A stretch of 64,000 nucleotides of DNA, taken from positions 64,001-128,000 of the forward strand of contig CAXXHO010000005.1 in assembly GCA_963667725.2 (NCBI GenBank), given 5' to 3'. This document shows positions 27,995-37,269 of this stretch, piece after piece (the first letter of the stretch is position 1; every line of letters starts with the position of its first letter). Source of the DNA: Treponemataceae bacterium (GTDB taxonomy: Bacteria; Spirochaetota; Spirochaetia; Treponematales; Rectinemataceae). The translations under genes and the position numbers were made by a program. Below the pieces are notes generated by a model. That model was given only the letters and a program-made list of their open reading frames with translations. It did not search any database and had not been told where the DNA came from.

Positions 27995-30404
27995 GGCCTT
28001 CATGATCTTGGCCGCGGTCGCAAGCTGCTCTCTGGCTCAACCCAGCCCCGGTCGGATCCATGCGGCGGATCCGGCGGCTGACTCGCGCATCGTCTTCCCG
28101 CTATCGAAACTGCCCGGGATGGTGCTGCACGACCAAGGCCGCATTTTTACCAGCCCAGCCCGCATGCATCCGCGCGACCTGGCCTGGATAGCACCGCTGA
28201 GCGCCGGCTTGAGTGTTTTGGCTCTCTCCGACCGTCGCAACATGCAGGAGCGCATTCATACCAACGCTCTCGCGCGAAGCCGAAGCCTGACGGTGTCGAA
28301 TGTTGGAACCGGCTCGCTTCTCGCCATCCCGGCTGTGCTCTATTGGAGCGGGTGGCGTCATGGTGACGATTCGACGCGCAGCACGGCGCTACAGGGATTC
28401 CGCGCGATTGCCGATACGGTTGTCGCGGCGGAGCTGATCCGGACAGTTGCCCGGCGTGAACGTCCCTCTGGCGAAAACAGCTCCGGAGATTTCTTCCGTG
28501 CGGGCGCCCTCTCCTCGTCATTCCCCTCCATGCATGCCGCGGTTTCATGGGCCGTAGCGTCCGTTGTGAGCGAGCGATATCCAGGCTGGTTGACCCGGGT
28601 CCTGGCATATGGCTTGGCCGGAGGCGTCAGTCTGAGCCGGGTGACTTCGTACCAGCACTTTCCGGCTGACGCGGTCGCAGGCAGTGCGCTTGGGTGGCTC
28701 ATCGGCAGGCACGTTGCCCGTTCGGAAAGGGCATCCTGTCCGGCGTGCAGGCTCTACAGGCCGGAGCCGGCAGGCCGCACCGATCCGCACGGCGATGTTG
28801 CTGGGGAGGCCGAGCCGGAGAGCTTCCGAAGTTCCGGTTCTGTCTATGTGCCTCTCGATAGCTGGGTTTATGGCGCGCTGGACCGGCTCGCGGCATTCGG
28901 GCTGATTCCCTCGCAGATCGCCGGGCTGCGGCCTTGGACTCGCGCTGAGTGCGGTCGCGAGATGCGGGAAGCGGACAGCCTCCTGAAGGAAGCCGGGAAG
29001 GCGGGTTTTGTGGATGAAGCCGGGGAGTTGCTGACCGCGCTGCGCCGCGAACTGGATTCCGATGGCGGTTCCCCGGCTGTGGTGCTGGAATCGGTCTATT
29101 TCCGCAATGGCGTGATCGCCGGGCCGATGTTGAACGATAGTTTCCATTTCGGCCAGACCTGGATCAACGATTTCGGACGGCCCTATGGCCGCGGTTGGAA
29201 CTCATATGGAGGTTTTACGGCGCGTGCTGCATCCGGCCGCTTCTTCGCCTACGTGCGAGGCGAATATCAGCAAGCGCCGGGCGGCCCAGCCGATTCGCTC
29301 GCGGTCCGGGAAACGATTGCCCGGCTGGACGGCACGCCGCTGCGGCAGGCAAGTCCTGTGGCGGAAACGGAGCGGTTCCGCACTCTCGAAGCATATGCCG
29401 GCGTGCGAGTGGGCGATCTGGAATTCTCGGTGGGGAAGCAGGCGATGTGGTGGGGTCCGACGTATGACGCGCCACTCGCGTTCAGCAACAATGCCGAGCC
29501 GGCGAAGAACTTCAAAGTTTCCATGGTGCATCCCGTGCGGCTGCCCGGAGTCTTCGGCTACCTGGGCGACATCCGTGGTGAGTTCGTGATGGGGAAGCTG
29601 GGAGGCCATCAGTACACCTGGCGCCCCTGGTTCAACGCGCAGAAGCTCACGTTCAAACTGACCGGGAACCTGGAGCTGGGATTCACGCGATGGTCGATCT
29701 TCTGGGGCGTGGGGCACCCGATCACGGCGCGCAGTTTCATTCGGAATTTCACGTCCACCACCAGCCCGCGCGACGCAACCGGCGCCGGTGCGAGTGACCC
29801 AGGCGATCGCAAGGCCGGTTTCGATTTCCGGTACCGGATTCCCGGCTTGCGAAACTGGCTCACGGTTTACAGCGACTCCTACTGTGACGATGATCCATCG
29901 CCGCTGGCCGCGCCGCGCCGGGCGGCGATCAGCCCCGGCATTTATCTGTCCCACGTGCCCGGGATTCCGCGGTTGGATTTTCGCGTGGAAGCCCCTTCGA
30001 CACAGCCCATGGCCACCGACCTGGGTGGCACCTTCATCTACTACAACGGCCAGTATCGCAGCGGCAATACCAATTACGGCCGGTTAATGGGCAATGCCGT
30101 CGGCCGCGACGGACGCGCCATTCAAGCCTGGTCCAGCTATCACTTTTCAGCCAGAACCAAAGCCGAGGCCGGCTACCGTGAGCTGAAGGTCAGTTCACAG
30201 TTCCTTCCCGGCGGATCCACGCAGTCTGACGGCACGCTGAAGGTATCGCTGCAGCTCGGTCGCAGTTGGAGTGCGGGCATTCAGTTTCAGTACGAGAGAT
30301 TCTGGGTTCCGGTGCTCGGCGGACCACACAGAAATCTTAGCGGGGTGGTGCAGTTGGCATGGGAACCAAATTTACTGTTACTCAAAAGGGATCATCAGCA
30401 GTGA
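27969..30404 (+). CDS. wzi: PAP2 phosphatase domain fused to capsule assembly Wzi-family beta-barrel
   Basis: PAP2 motifs RRERP, SFPSMH, SRV..HFPADAVAG; Wzi-like YVPLDSWVY, RPWTR.EC, GKQ..WWGP, SNNAEP. Confidence 0.85.
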   Translation: MNLRIQICKAFMILAAVASCSLAQPSPGRIHAADPAADSRIVFPLSKLPGMVLHDQGRIFTSPARMHPRDLAWIAPLSAGLSVLALSDRRNMQERIHTNALARSRSLTVSNVGTGSLLAIPAVLYWSGWRHGDDSTRSTALQGFRAIADTVVAAELIRTVARRERPSGENSSGDFFRAGALSSSFPSMHAAVSWAVASVVSERYPGWLTRVLAYGLAGGVSLSRVTSYQHFPADAVAGSALGWLIGRHVARSERASCPACRLYRPEPAGRTDPHGDVAGEAEPESFRSSGSVYVPLDSWVYGALDRLAAFGLIPSQIAGLRPWTRAECGREMREADSLLKEAGKAGFVDEAGELLTALRRELDSDGGSPAVVLESVYFRNGVIAGPMLNDSFHFGQTWINDFGRPYGRGWNSYGGFTARAASGRFFAYVRGEYQQAPGGPADSLAVRETIARLDGTPLRQASPVAETERFRTLEAYAGVRVGDLEFSVGKQAMWWGPTYDAPLAFSNNAEPAKNFKVSMVHPVRLPGVFGYLGDIRGEFVMGKLGGHQYTWRPWFNAQKLTFKLTGNLELGFTRWSIFWGVGHPITARSFIRNFTSTTSPRDATGAGASDPGDRKAGFDFRYRIPGLRNWLTVYSDSYCDDDPSPLAAPRRAAISPGIYLSHVPGIPRLDFRVEAPSTQPMATDLGGTFIYYNGQYRSGNTNYGRLMGNAVGRDGRAIQAWSSYHFSARTKAEAGYRELKVSSQFLPGGSTQSDGTLKVSLQLGRSWSAGIQFQYERFWVPVLGGPHRNLSGVVQLAWEPNLLLLKRDHQQ

Positions 30405-32764
30405 CCTGTCCTAAAAGGCTTTCCAGGGTTTTCCACCTGAGCGTTTTCGTTTTGTGGGGGCTGATGCTTGCTACCCGTGTGCACGCGCAGGCCGAAGCGC
30501 CAGATCCATCCGATGTTCTGAGAGCCACCCAGACGGACGCGGAGCGGTGCAGCGGTCCGCTCGGAAATCTGCTTCCGGAGTGCAGGCAAGGCAAGACCGC
30601 CATCAACATCAGCACGAATGACAAGCCAGGGAATCAGCCGCCTGGCGCGGCACTCCGGATTCCTCCGTCAAAGGAGACGCCTTCCGATGTCTCTCCACGG
30701 GAGCCGCAGCAGGCAGCGAAGCCCGCGGCCCCTACCGAGTTTCAGCGTTTCGTCGCTTCCTCCATTGGCGAGACGTTACCGGTTTTTGGCGCCGACCTCT
30801 TTCAAAACGTACCCACCACGTTTGCACCTTTGGACAGCGTTCCTGTTACCAGCGACTACGCGATAGGACCAGGGGACGAACTCCTGTTGCGTGTGTGGGG
30901 ACAAGTGAATCTCGATCTGGCCCTCACGGTGGATCGTACCGGTTCGATCTTCATTCCGCAGGTCGGGAACATCGCGGTCGCGGGGATCCAGTTTCAACAG
31001 CTTTCTTCCTATCTGCGAGCGCAACTGGCGCGCATGTTCCGGAATTTCGATATGAGCGTCAATTTGGGCCAGTTGCGCTCGATCCAGATTTTCGTCATGG
31101 GCCAGGCGCGCCGCCCGGGAACTTACACGGTCAGTTCGCTAAGCACGCTGGTCAACGCTCTTTTTGCATCCGGCGGACCTGCCCCCCAAGGCTCGATGCG
31201 CAAAATCCAGCTCAAGAGAGGCGCCGCGGTAGTGACGGAGCTGGATCTTTACGATCTCCTGTTGCGAGGGGACAAATCGAGAGATGCGAGTCTTCTGCCT
31301 GGCGACGTGGTCTATATCCCTCCGGCGGGCCCGCAAGTGGCGGTAGCGGGCAGCGTAAAGACTCCGGGGATCTATGAAGTGTTGCCGGGGACCACCGCGG
31401 ACCAGTTGATCGGCATGGCCGGCGGGCTTTCCGCCTTAGCGGACGGCACCCGCGCAATCGTGGAGCGGATCGAGAACCGCAGTGTGCGGGAGTCCATCAA
31501 CATCCGGCTTGATCGCGCCGGGCTTGCCACTCCCATGGCCGAGGGAGACCTGTTGCACGTGCTCACGATCACTCCGCGGATCGCCAATGCCGTGACCCTC
31601 CGCGGAAACGTAGCGAATCCGGGCCGGTTCCCCTGGCATGCAGGGATGCGGATCCGCGATGTCATACCGGAGAAGGCATCACTGGTGACGCGCGAGTATT
31701 GGAAGAAGCGAAACGTCCTGGGCTTCATTTCTCCGGCGGAGGCCATTCCGCAGGTGCCCTCGGCGGAAGCATCCCGCAGCCCCGCCACCACGACGATAGC
31801 GACGGAAGTGCCGGATATTAACTGGTCCTATGCGGTGATCGAGCGCCAGAATCCGGCGAACCTGGCGGCGGACCTCATCCCGTTTCACCTCGGCAAGCTA
31901 GTCCTCGACAATGATGAGAGTCAAAACCTGGAACTGCGGCCCGGCGACGTCGTGACGATTTTCTCCCAGAGCGATATCCGCGTCGCGATGGCCCAGCAGA
32001 CGCGCTTCATTAGGCTTGAGGGAGAGTTTGTGCGCGCCGGGGTATACGCGGTGCGTCCCGGAGAGACTCTCGGACAACTTGTGGAGCGGGCCGGCGGGTT
32101 AACGCCGCAGGCGTATTTGTTTGGATCGGAATTCACCCGGGAATCGACGCGGGTGGATCAGCAACGGCGCCTGGACCAGTTCGTTAAAGAACTGGAGCAG
32201 GACGTGGAACACACGGGATCGAACCGCCTAACGGCGGCTGCGACCGCCGAGGAGTCATCACTTGTAGCCGCCAAGCTGCAGAGCGAACGGACGGTGGTGG
32301 AAAGGCTGCGTGCGGTGAAGGCAACAGGCCGGATTGTGTTGAGCCTGAATGGAGACGGCAATGACGTTTCGAAGCTGATGGCTTTCAACCTGGAGGACGG
32401 CGACCGGTTTCTGGTTCCGTCGCGGCCCGCAACGGTGAACGTGCTTGGCGCCGTCTACAATCAGAATTCCTTTGTCCATACGCCCAGCCAGCGCGTGGCG
32501 AACTACCTTCGCCAGGCCGGCGGACCGACCCGCAACGCCGATGCAGGCCGGATCTTCATCATCCGTGCGGACGGATCGGTATTGCCCAGACGGAGCTTCA
32601 GTGCGTTCTCGCGGAGCTTTGACGCGACGCTTCTGAACCCAGGAGACTCCGTAATCGTACCCGAGGCGATCTTCAAAGGCACTGTATTCAGAGCCTTCCG
32701 CGATTGGACGCAAGTGTTCTCTCAGTTTGCGTTGGGAGCGGCGGCAATCAACGTACTGAGATGA
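30401..32764 (+). CDS. Polysaccharide export protein with multiple SLBB domains (Wza/KpsD-like)
   Basis: DYAIGPGDEL, repeated G.V..PG.Y and AGG motifs. Confidence 0.92.
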   Translation: MTCPKRLSRVFHLSVFVLWGLMLATRVHAQAEAPDPSDVLRATQTDAERCSGPLGNLLPECRQGKTAINISTNDKPGNQPPGAALRIPPSKETPSDVSPREPQQAAKPAAPTEFQRFVASSIGETLPVFGADLFQNVPTTFAPLDSVPVTSDYAIGPGDELLLRVWGQVNLDLALTVDRTGSIFIPQVGNIAVAGIQFQQLSSYLRAQLARMFRNFDMSVNLGQLRSIQIFVMGQARRPGTYTVSSLSTLVNALFASGGPAPQGSMRKIQLKRGAAVVTELDLYDLLLRGDKSRDASLLPGDVVYIPPAGPQVAVAGSVKTPGIYEVLPGTTADQLIGMAGGLSALADGTRAIVERIENRSVRESINIRLDRAGLATPMAEGDLLHVLTITPRIANAVTLRGNVANPGRFPWHAGMRIRDVIPEKASLVTREYWKKRNVLGFISPAEAIPQVPSAEASRSPATTTIATEVPDINWSYAVIERQNPANLAADLIPFHLGKLVLDNDESQNLELRPGDVVTIFSQSDIRVAMAQQTRFIRLEGEFVRAGVYAVRPGETLGQLVERAGGLTPQAYLFGSEFTRESTRVDQQRRLDQFVKELEQDVEHTGSNRLTAAATAEESSLVAAKLQSERTVVERLRAVKATGRIVLSLNGDGNDVSKLMAFNLEDGDRFLVPSRPATVNVLGAVYNQNSFVHTPSQRVANYLRQAGGPTRNADAGRIFIIRADGSVLPRRSFSAFSRSFDATLLNPGDSVIVPEAIFKGTVFRAFRDWTQVFSQFALGAAAINVLR

Positions 32765-33936
32765 GAACCCCTATGGCACAGACAACCTCTTTCGAAGCGT
32801 CACAATCAGCTGCTGATTCCGACCCGGCCGCAGTCTCTGTACATGAGGAAGATATCGGCATCGCACTCTGGGAAGTATTCGGTATTCTAGCCCGCCGGAA
32901 GAAGTGGATTGCCGGTGCCGCCCTCGCGGGCGGTTTGCTGGCAGGCTCGATAGCCCTTCTCATGCCTGACACCTACAAGGCGACTGCTGTGATTATGCCG
33001 CCGCAAAAAGAGCAATCTGCAGCCACGGCGATGTTGGGCCAACTGGGGCCTCTGGCCGCAGCCGCCGGGGCCGACATGGGGATCAAGAGCCCAGGGGATC
33101 TCTACGTCGGGCTGCTCGAGAGCCGCACGATCGCCGATCATCTGATTGAGGAATTCGGCCTGCGGGCGGTGTACCACACCAGGACTTCGATCGAAACGCG
33201 GTCGAAACTCAAGAGCCGATGCCAGTTCCGGACTGGTGCCAGAGACCCTCTGATCCGGGTTGAAGTCGAAGATACGAATCCGGCTCGTGCGGCAGGGCTG
33301 GCCAACGCATTCACTTCCGAGTTGAACGCGCTGAACAAAGGCTTGTCCGTTACGGATGCGGGCAAACGTAGAGCATTTCTGGAAAAACAGCTCGAACAGG
33401 AGAAGACCGCGTTGTCCGAGGCTGAGGAAGCTATGAAGAAACAACAGGCGCAATCGGGCCTCATACAACCGGACGCTCAGACGGCTGTTGCCATCGGGTC
33501 GGTGGCCCAGCTCAGGGCTCAGATCACCGCGGGAGAGGTGGCGATGGAGCGCTTGAAAATGGGGGTCACGTCTGAGAATCCGGAGCTGGTTCGAAGCGAA
33601 GCTGAGGTTCAAGCACTACGTGCGCAACTCCGGAGACTGGAAAGCGGGTCCAGCAGCAGCGGGACGCTGCCCGCAGCTTCGGCATTGCCCAACTCGAATC
33701 TTGAGTATGTGCGCCGTTTGCGCGACCTGAAATATCATGAGCTGCTGTTTGAGTTGCTCTCGAAGCAGTATGAGGCCGCGCGTCTCGATGAGAGCAAAGC
33801 AGCCCCCGATCTCCAGGTCATCGATTTGGCTGTACCGCCCGACCAGAGGAGCGGACCTCGCCGCTCAATGATTACCCTGCTTGGCTGCCTGGCGGGAATG
33901 TTCCTGGCCTCTACCGTCGCATACGCCACGCGTTAA
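32761..33936 (+). CDS. Chain-length determinant / polysaccharide co-polymerase (Wzz/GumC family)
   Basis: N- and C-terminal TM helices, coiled coil, VID.A.PP..S.P.R; no kinase domain. Confidence 0.9.
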   Translation: MRTPMAQTTSFEASQSAADSDPAAVSVHEEDIGIALWEVFGILARRKKWIAGAALAGGLLAGSIALLMPDTYKATAVIMPPQKEQSAATAMLGQLGPLAAAAGADMGIKSPGDLYVGLLESRTIADHLIEEFGLRAVYHTRTSIETRSKLKSRCQFRTGARDPLIRVEVEDTNPARAAGLANAFTSELNALNKGLSVTDAGKRRAFLEKQLEQEKTALSEAEEAMKKQQAQSGLIQPDAQTAVAIGSVAQLRAQITAGEVAMERLKMGVTSENPELVRSEAEVQALRAQLRRLESGSSSSGTLPAASALPNSNLEYVRRLRDLKYHELLFELLSKQYEAARLDESKAAPDLQVIDLAVPPDQRSGPRRSMITLLGCLAGMFLASTVAYATR

Positions 33937-33980
33937 ACCTCCCACGCAAGGGCGCCTCTTTTATCGACTCGCAGGAACCA

Positions 33981-35981
33981 TTGATGCGGATCGGAGCCAC
34001 AGTCCGAAAGGTCAAAGGCCGGCCTCTGGGCGTTCTTGCGTTCCGGGGCCTGCAAGAGGCGCAACTGGCCCTATTGAGGCAAACAAAAGGTTGGACGCGA
34101 ATCGAAGACCGGGCGCGCCGATGGTGGAACAACGAGCGAGTGGCCGCTTTCGCGGCTGAACGAGGTGCGACCACAGTGCTGGCCCCCGATGCCGGGGTTG
34201 CGATCGTGCAAGCTGTAGACGAGGGTGCCCTGAGCCGGGCGGGGCTGATCGATTTCGGCACAGCCGCCGCGTCGCGAAACTTTTCCGTCTTCGGGGTGCC
34301 TGTCCCGGCTGAAGGACCGTGGCCCTGGCATGAGGATTGGAGATTCGGGCACCAGTGGCAACGGCCGTTTTGGCGCGATCACGACTTCTACGAAGCCAGA
34401 CAGGTCCCTTACGATGTCAAGTTTCCCTGGGAGTTGTCGCGTCTCTTCTTTCTTCCGCGCGTGCTACAGGCTGCGAGTCTCGCACCCGCTGAAGCTCCCA
34501 ACCTTTTGCGTTTCGTCGAGAGCGTTCTCATCGATTGGGAGCAGGAGAACCCGATGGCGGGGTCGATAGCCTGGTATCCGATGGAAGTGTCGATGCGCAT
34601 TTTGGCCCTGGTGGTCACGCTGGACATGCTCAGGCTGTTGGGTCCCGTACCGGAGAGCCTTCTGGAGATTCTGTTGCGTGCGCTTTCGACTCACGGTGAG
34701 TTCGTGTGGCGTAACCGGGAATATAGTGAGCTGAGAGGCAACCACTACGCGGCGAACGTAGCCGCCCTGGCCGCGGCCGGCGCAGCGTTGGAGCACTCGT
34801 ATCCGAATGCACTGCAGTGGTCGACGTTCGCTCGGGAAACGGCGGGCGCCGAGATTCTGCGGCAATTTCTGGCGGACGGCGTTCACTTTGAGAAGGCGCT
34901 CGGCTATCAGAGGCTGGTGGTCGAGCTGTTCCTGTTTACCGCGCTCACCAGCGAACGCCGCGGAACCCCACTTCCCTCCGCGGCGTTGGAGCGGCTTCAT
35001 GTTGCATGCCGGTACCTTGCCGAATGTGTCCGCCCGGACGGTTTGACTCCCAAGGTTGGCGACGACGATGACGGTCGCGTGTTTCATTTCGACCTAGTGC
35101 CCGCCGCCGATGTCGGTCCGACACTGGCCACAGCTCGACTGCTGTGGAGCGACCCGGCACTGGTCCACGCCAGAGCGGGGCGCTTCGCGTCTCCAGTCTG
35201 GTTCATGGGATTGCGTGCAATCCGGGAGTGGGCTGATCCCGGAGCGGCGACCCCGGCTACGCCGAGTTGCCGGCACTTTAGCTCGGGTGGCGTAGTTGTT
35301 GCGCGCAACCGAAACAACTTCTTCTGGATGGATGTTGGGGAAGTGGGATTGCACGGGCACGGCGGACACGGGCACAATGACCTGCTGAGCTTCGAACTCG
35401 TATGGAATGGTCATGCGGTGTTCGTGGACCCCGGCAGCTATGTTTACACTGCCGATCCGGTTTTGCGCGATCTTTTCCGGGGATCCGCCTACCACAACGG
35501 CCTGACCGTGGATCACGAGGAAATCGCGCCGATGCAGGGAATGTGGCGGATCGGTAGCCAGGCTCAACCGGGTTGCGTCCAGGTTCATGCGGATGGTCCC
35601 AAGGTTCGTATTTGTGCCGGCCACTCCGGCTACGCCCGTCTGGTGGACCCTGTGGTGCATGGTCGTAACGTCCGGATCGATTGGCAAACAGGGAACTTCG
35701 AAGTGGTGGACGATCTCAGGTGCTCGGGCATCCATTCCACGGTCCGGGCACTCCATCTGGCACGTGGTATGGCTGCAACCATGGATGAATGCGGCGCCGT
35801 GATTTCGGACCAGGGATCGGCGTGGCGTCTCACCTGGAACCTGGGCGCCCGCGCCGTTGTCGAGGACGGCTGGGTAAGCCCGAGCTATGCAGTGCGGCAG
35901 CCCGCCGTAGTCTTGCGGCTGGTGGACCAGATTCAATCAAACGCGCAGCTTTGGCTCGCTTTGCGCCCCTTCCAGGGCTAG
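33981..35981 (+). CDS. Heparinase II/III-family protein
   Basis: DVKFPWELSR, GNH, DGVHFE, GHGHND.LSFEL, VDPGSYVY, HN. Confidence 0.9.
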   Translation: MMRIGATVRKVKGRPLGVLAFRGLQEAQLALLRQTKGWTRIEDRARRWWNNERVAAFAAERGATTVLAPDAGVAIVQAVDEGALSRAGLIDFGTAAASRNFSVFGVPVPAEGPWPWHEDWRFGHQWQRPFWRDHDFYEARQVPYDVKFPWELSRLFFLPRVLQAASLAPAEAPNLLRFVESVLIDWEQENPMAGSIAWYPMEVSMRILALVVTLDMLRLLGPVPESLLEILLRALSTHGEFVWRNREYSELRGNHYAANVAALAAAGAALEHSYPNALQWSTFARETAGAEILRQFLADGVHFEKALGYQRLVVELFLFTALTSERRGTPLPSAALERLHVACRYLAECVRPDGLTPKVGDDDDGRVFHFDLVPAADVGPTLATARLLWSDPALVHARAGRFASPVWFMGLRAIREWADPGAATPATPSCRHFSSGGVVVARNRNNFFWMDVGEVGLHGHGGHGHNDLLSFELVWNGHAVFVDPGSYVYTADPVLRDLFRGSAYHNGLTVDHEEIAPMQGMWRIGSQAQPGCVQVHADGPKVRICAGHSGYARLVDPVVHGRNVRIDWQTGNFEVVDDLRCSGIHSTVRALHLARGMAATMDECGAVISDQGSAWRLTWNLGARAVVEDGWVSPSYAVRQPAVVLRLVDQIQSNAQLWLALRPFQG

Positions 35982-36051
35982 ACCACTAGTCCCCTCATAA
36001 GCTCACAAGCCCGGTGCGGTCATCGGCTCAAACGCACACCTGGAATCGATC

Positions 36052-37269
36052 GTGACAGCTCGAAGAGAATCGCTCGACCAGAGGCCCGAACTGGCGGGGA
36101 GATACCGCTATTTCACCAGCTTCGGAAGGACTGCGCTTCTCGGGTCCCTTCAGGCGGCGAAGGTGGCTGGAGGCGATGTTTTCCTTCCGGCGTTCACCTG
36201 TAACACCACGGTCACCTCGGCGGTTCTGCAGGCCGGGGCAACGCCCGTTTTTATCGATGTCGATCCCCGGACGTTGAACATGGATACCGACCAGTTCGCG
36301 CCAAACGCATCCTCGCGCCTGCGGGCGGTCATCTCGCATCACTACTACGGTTTTGCGTGTACGAATTTGGGGGACGTCAGCGACTTCTGCGCACAACGAA
36401 GGATTGCTCATATTGAGGACTGCAGCCATTCTTTGGGGGCACGTTTTGGAGGGAAGTTCACAGGTTCCTGGGGTCACCTCGCGGTCTTCTCGTTCTCCAA
36501 GGCGCAGCCAAACCCAGGCGGCGGGTGTCTCAGCACGGATGATCCGGAACTCCATGCGGCGATCCAGTCCGCAAGGTCCACAGAGACCTGTCTGGACCAA
36601 TGCGTGAAGAACTACCACAGCTTCGGCCATCTCTACCGTCTATCGGCTGACGCTGAGGAAACCGATCTGCTTCCAGACCTGCTGTTTCGCATTTCGCGCT
36701 ACCCGCTGTTTCTGTTGCAAAGAGCGCTCTCCTACGATTTGAGACGGGCACGGGGAACGTTCTATCAGCCCGAGGCCGATCATTTGCTTGCCCGGCCTCC
36801 GATGTCCATCTCCATGACGCGGCTACAGAAGTGGTACATCGAGACCTCCTGGAAAGCCAGTCTGGAACGCACAAGGGCAAAGCGGAACCTCTTCTTCCGG
36901 CTCTTGTCCTCTATGCCGGTTCCTTTGCGAATCGAGCACGTCGAGCCTGCGTACACGACTTTTGTCCTTGAGGTGGCGGACGTCGGGGAGGCAATCGCTT
37001 CCGGCCGGCGGCAGGGGATCCGGCTGCGTCCGACGTGGCCCCTATTCCAGAACTATTCCGAGGAACAACGGACTCCCGGAGTACGGTGGCTCGCAAACCA
37101 TTTCGCGCTGCTCAGCCTCGGGCAATATGTGGATGCGCACCGCCAGGACCGACTCTTCCGATTCCTCGGCGACCGCGTCTTCCGCACGAAGACGGCGCGC
37201 TGCGCCCCCTTGGGCGACCAGTCGATTGGCGCTGAGGTCAACCGTACCAGAAAGCTGGCGAACAATTGA
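36052..37269 (+). CDS. DegT/DnrJ/EryC1/StrS-family PLP-dependent protein (divergent)
   Basis: GRTAL, PAFTC, GATPVFIDVD, IEDCSHSLG, FSFSK. Confidence 0.8.
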   Translation: MTARRESLDQRPELAGRYRYFTSFGRTALLGSLQAAKVAGGDVFLPAFTCNTTVTSAVLQAGATPVFIDVDPRTLNMDTDQFAPNASSRLRAVISHHYYGFACTNLGDVSDFCAQRRIAHIEDCSHSLGARFGGKFTGSWGHLAVFSFSKAQPNPGGGCLSTDDPELHAAIQSARSTETCLDQCVKNYHSFGHLYRLSADAEETDLLPDLLFRISRYPLFLLQRALSYDLRRARGTFYQPEADHLLARPPMSISMTRLQKWYIETSWKASLERTRAKRNLFFRLLSSMPVPLRIEHVEPAYTTFVLEVADVGEAIASGRRQGIRLRPTWPLFQNYSEEQRTPGVRWLANHFALLSLGQYVDAHRQDRLFRFLGDRVFRTKTARCAPLGDQSIGAEVNRTRKLANN

